A stretch of 64,000 nucleotides of DNA from Scenedesmus sp. PABB004 (Eukaryota). The notes under the pieces were generated by a model. That model ran no database searches and was not told the DNA's origin. It saw nothing but the letters and a program-made list of their open reading frames with translations. Below, piece after piece: positions 60,707-64,000 of this stretch. Made by a program: the position numbers and the translations under genes. Every line of letters begins with the position of its first letter. Position 1 is the stretch's first letter. Location: positions 930,001-994,000 of the forward strand of contig JABVCE010000002.1 of the NCBI GenBank assembly GCA_014905635.1. The letters run 5' to 3'.

Positions 60707-63700
60707 GCAGCAGGGCTGGCCGCAGGAGCAGCAGAGCTGGCGGGGCCGGGGGCCTGGGCAGGGGCGCGCGCCCGTGGCGTGGGCGTGCGGCGGCAACGAC
60801 GACGACGACGACGACGACGCTGACCTTGAGCTCCCCGACGACGACCTGGATGCCCTGCTGGACGCCGGCGCGCGGCAGCTGCGGCCTGCGGCGCCCGCGC
60901 ACGGCGCCGCCGCCCAGGGACCGCCCCCGCAGCCCGGCCAGCCCTGGGCAGGCCGGAGCGCGAAGCCGCAGTGGCCGCAGCAGCAGCCTCAGCGGTGGCC
61001 GCAGCAGGACGAGCAGCAGCCGCCGTGGCCGCCGCAGCGGTGGCCGCAGCAGCAGGAGCAGCAGCAGCAGTGGCCGCCGCAGCAGCTGCAGCCGCGTCAC
61101 ATCAGCTGCGTCCCGCCGCCGCCGGGCGTGCTGCTTGCAGAAGAGGAGCAGGCAGCGCCGCGGCCGCTGGGCGCCTGCGCGCCGGGCGCGGCCGACGCCG
61201 GCGCCGCGACCACCAGGTGGGCGCCCGCCGGCGGGCGCGGCGCGGCGCAGCCGGTCAGGCTCGTCAAGCCGCAGGCCCCGCCGGCTGGCGGCGCAGCCGG
61301 GGCTGGCGCTCCACAGACGGCCGCGCCGCTGCCCTGGGGCCAAGGCGGCGGCCGGGGTCGTGGCCGCGGCCGCGGCAGGGCGGGCCGCGGCAGGGGCGGC
61401 GGCGGCGGTGGCAGCAGTGGTGGCGGCAGCGGCGGCAGCGGTGGCGGCGGCGGCGGCAGCAAGTCGGCGGCCGCCGCCAAGCAGGCCGGCGGCATCACGT
61501 TTGAGTTTGTGCGCGGCGCGCCGCCCGGCCCCGCGCCCAAGCTCACGCAGGCAACGATCCACGACATGCTCGCGCGCCACGTGCAGCAGGCCAGCAGGCA
61601 GGAGCAGCAGCCAGGCGGCGCGGCAGAGCTGCCGGCGCCGGCGCAGGCGGCGCCGGTGCCGGCGCCGGCGGTGGGCAGCAAGCGCAAGAGCAGCGCCGCG
61701 GCAGGCGGCGCGGCGCGGGGCGGCGCCGCCGCAGGCGACGCGGCGGCGGCGGCGGTCGGCCGCAAGCGCCGCAGCAGCAAGGCGGCTGCGGCTGCAGAGG
61801 TGGCCGAGCAGGCGCAGGCGGACGCGACGGAGGCGCTGGACCTGTGGCGGCTCGACCCGGCGGCGACCGGGGACAGCGCGCCCGCGGCCGGCCCGCACGT
61901 GCTCGACCTGCGCAGCAGCGCGGTGCGGGCGCAGCTCCAGCAGCAGCTGGCCGCGGCCGAGGCCGTCGGCGTCGGCCTGCTGCTGGTCCGGCGCGGCGCC
62001 GGTGCTGGCGGTGGCGCGCAGCACTTCACCAGCCTCGCGCCGCTCACCAAGGCGCAGCTGGCCGCGCTGCGCAAGGCGGCGGCCGCGGGCAAGCGCGCAG
62101 CCGCGGCGGCGGCGGCGGCGGCAGTCGGGGAGGCCGACGGCGAGGCGGAGGAGGGCGACGCTGCGGGCGGCGAGGACCCGGGCGACGCGCTGGTGGGCCT
62201 CGCGCTCATGCCTGCGTCGGCGGCCCACACGCAGCGCCTGGCCGCGCCGGGCGGGCTGGGGGAGCGCGCGTGCAGCATGTTCTTCTTGCCCGCCGGCGCG
62301 GGCGGAGAGGCGACGGGCCCGCCCGAGGTGCCGGCCGGCGCGCTGCGCCTGCTGCGCGAGCTGCTGCGCGGCGGCGCGGGCCGGCGGCCGTGCGTGGTGT
62401 CCAACGCCAAGGGCGTGCTGGCGCGCCTCGCGGGCGTGGGGCTCGACCCGCCGGCGGCGCGCGACGTGGGCGCGCTGGTCGACCCGGAGGTGCTGGGCTG
62501 GCTGCTCGACCCCCAGCTGGTGCAGGACAGCAAGGCCGAGGTGTATTGCCTCGCGCCGCAGCTCGAGCGCCTCGGCCTCGCGGTGAGCGGGGGTTGGGCG
62601 GGGCGGCGGGGCAGCGGCGCCAGGCGGAGCAGGCTGTCCGCCGCGCCGCGCCGCGCCGCCGCCGCCCCATGCTGCCGCCGCCGCGCGTGCAGGCCCCCGG
62701 CGTCGGCGCCGGCGCGCCGCTGGAGCGGCTCCACGCGCAGCTGCAGGCGTCGCTGGCGCTGTCGGGGGTGCTGATCAGCCGGCTGCGGGGGCACGTCGCG
62801 CCGGCCGCGATACAGCTCGAGATGAAGGCGCGGCGCGGGGCGCGGGGCGCGGGGCGCGCCGTGTCCTGCAAGCCGCGCCGGCCGTCCTGCGAGCCGCCGC
62901 TGCCGCCGCGCGCAGGTGGCGGCCGTCCTGGCGCGGATGGAGGTGGCCGGCGTGGGCGTGGACCCGCGCCAGCTGCTGCGCCACCGCCCCGCGCTGCTCG
63001 CGCGGCAGGCCGCCATCGCGGCGCACGCCGCCGAGATCGTGGGCCGGAAGTTCAACATCGCCAGCGCGTCGCAGCTCGCCGTGGTGCTCTACGAGGACCT
63101 GGGCCTGCCGCCGCCCGCGGGAGGTGCGCCGGCGGGGGAGGCGCCCTGCGCGCCGGGGCGCGCCGGCGCACCGCGGGTGCACCAAGGTGCGCTGCACCCC
63201 GCCCGAGGCCGGCGGGCGCCGCGCCCGCCTGCGCGCGCAGGCGGGCGCGGCGCCGCCAAGACGCACCTGCCCACCGACGAGGCGTCCCTCAAGCAGCTCG
63301 CGGCGCTGCACGAGATGCCGGGGCTGGTGCTCGAGCACCGGTGCGGCCGCGCCGCGCCCGCCCCGGCGGGCCCCGCCCGCAGCCGCCGCGCCGCGCCGCG
63401 CCGCCGCCGCCGCCCACGCACCGCGCAAACGACTGCTGCACACCACCGCCGCCGCCGCCAGGTGCGCGGCCAACGTGATGAGCAGGTGGATGGCGCCCCG
63501 CTGGGTGCAGCGCGCCGCCGCGGCGCTCGCCGGCGGCGGCGCGCCGCGCGTGCGGTGCAGCTGGAACCAGCTCCAGACGTCGACGGGGCGGCTCTCGAGC
63601 AGCGCGCCCAACCTGCAGGCGGTCACCAAGTACACGATCGACGCCCTGCACGCGACCCACGCGCCGCACGCCGCGCCGGCGCCGCACGCCGCGCTCGTGA

Positions 63701-64000
63701 TCAACACGCGCGACGCGTTTGTGCCCGCGCCCGGCCGCCTGCTGCTGAGCGCGGACTACAGCCAGATGGAGCTGCGCCTCCTCGCCGCGCTCTCGCGCGA
63801 CGCCGCGCTCGCCGCGCTCGTGTCCCGCCCCGGCGCTGACGTGTTCAGCGACATCGCCGCCGCGTGGCTCGCGCCCGGCGGCGCGCCGGGTGCGCAGCGG
63901 GGCGCGGCGGGGCACGCGCGCGGGGCGGCGCTGACGGACCAACCTGCGCCCCTCGCGGCGCGGCGCAGGCCTTGGCGGGCGCGTGGAGCCGGCCCTGCGC
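60288..64000 (+). CDS. Family A DNA polymerase, Pol theta/Pol nu-like polymerase domain (continues past the window end)
   Basis: VLARMEVAGVGVD, FNIASASQLAVVLYEDLGL, TDEASLKQL, WNQLQTSTGRLSSSAPNLQ, motif A LLSADYSQMELRLLA, and DVFSDIAAAW. Confidence 0.9.
60654..60703 (+). repeat. (CAG)n microsatellite encoding poly-Q
   Basis: Directly visible CAG run in the polymerase N-terminus. Confidence 0.95.

Noticed and set aside
129..63942. Hundreds of long overlapping Arg/Ala/Pro/Gly-rich ORFs, including antisense poly-Cys and poly-Leu frames
   Set aside because: Expected from the scarcity of stop codons at this GC content and from CAG repeats read in other frames.
60288..64000. Causal link between the Pol theta-like gene and the RNA-templated-looking insertion at 20.5 kb
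   Set aside because: Proximity on the chromosome says nothing about which enzyme made the insertion.
1..64000. tRNA, rRNA, transposase or reverse transcriptase genes
   Set aside because: None recognised by eye. Small ncRNAs cannot be excluded without covariance-model searches.

Overview
Very GC-rich (roughly 80% by eye), intron-rich eukaryotic nuclear DNA. Short introns with GTGCG/GCGCG donors, CTCAC/CTGAC branch points, TGTAA poly(A) signals and plastid-targeted genes point to a chlorophyte green alga, most plausibly Sphaeropleales (inference). I read about 19 tightly packed spliced genes plus one gene fragment: a GT-B-like membrane protein, plastid KEA1/2 K+/H+ antiporter, an AP2 transcription factor, ssSPT-like protein, CtpA, Ies2/PAPA-1-like protein, two orphan proteins, a PLP-dependent Ser/Thr dehydratase, a SAP+SPIRAL1-repeat protein, a two-CNBD protein, a helical-repeat organellar protein, RsuA-type pseudouridine synthase, ThrRS, AP-2 alpha-adaptin, two inverted receptor-like TKL kinases flanking a nocturnin-like gene, and a family-A DNA polymerase running off the end. 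Most long ORFs in the supplied track are GC artefacts. The most notable observations are: (1) an 830-bp copy of the dehydratase gene, flanked by a 21/22-bp direct repeat, that precisely lacks one intron but keeps the sequence of the two flanking introns; (2) a head-to-head pair of non-RD receptor kinases with diverged ectodomains and patchily homogenised cytoplasmic regions; (3) an unusually high share of GC-AG introns; (4) a Pol theta/nu-like polymerase with no helicase. All gene models are manual, and gene coordinates run from start codon to stop codon including introns.
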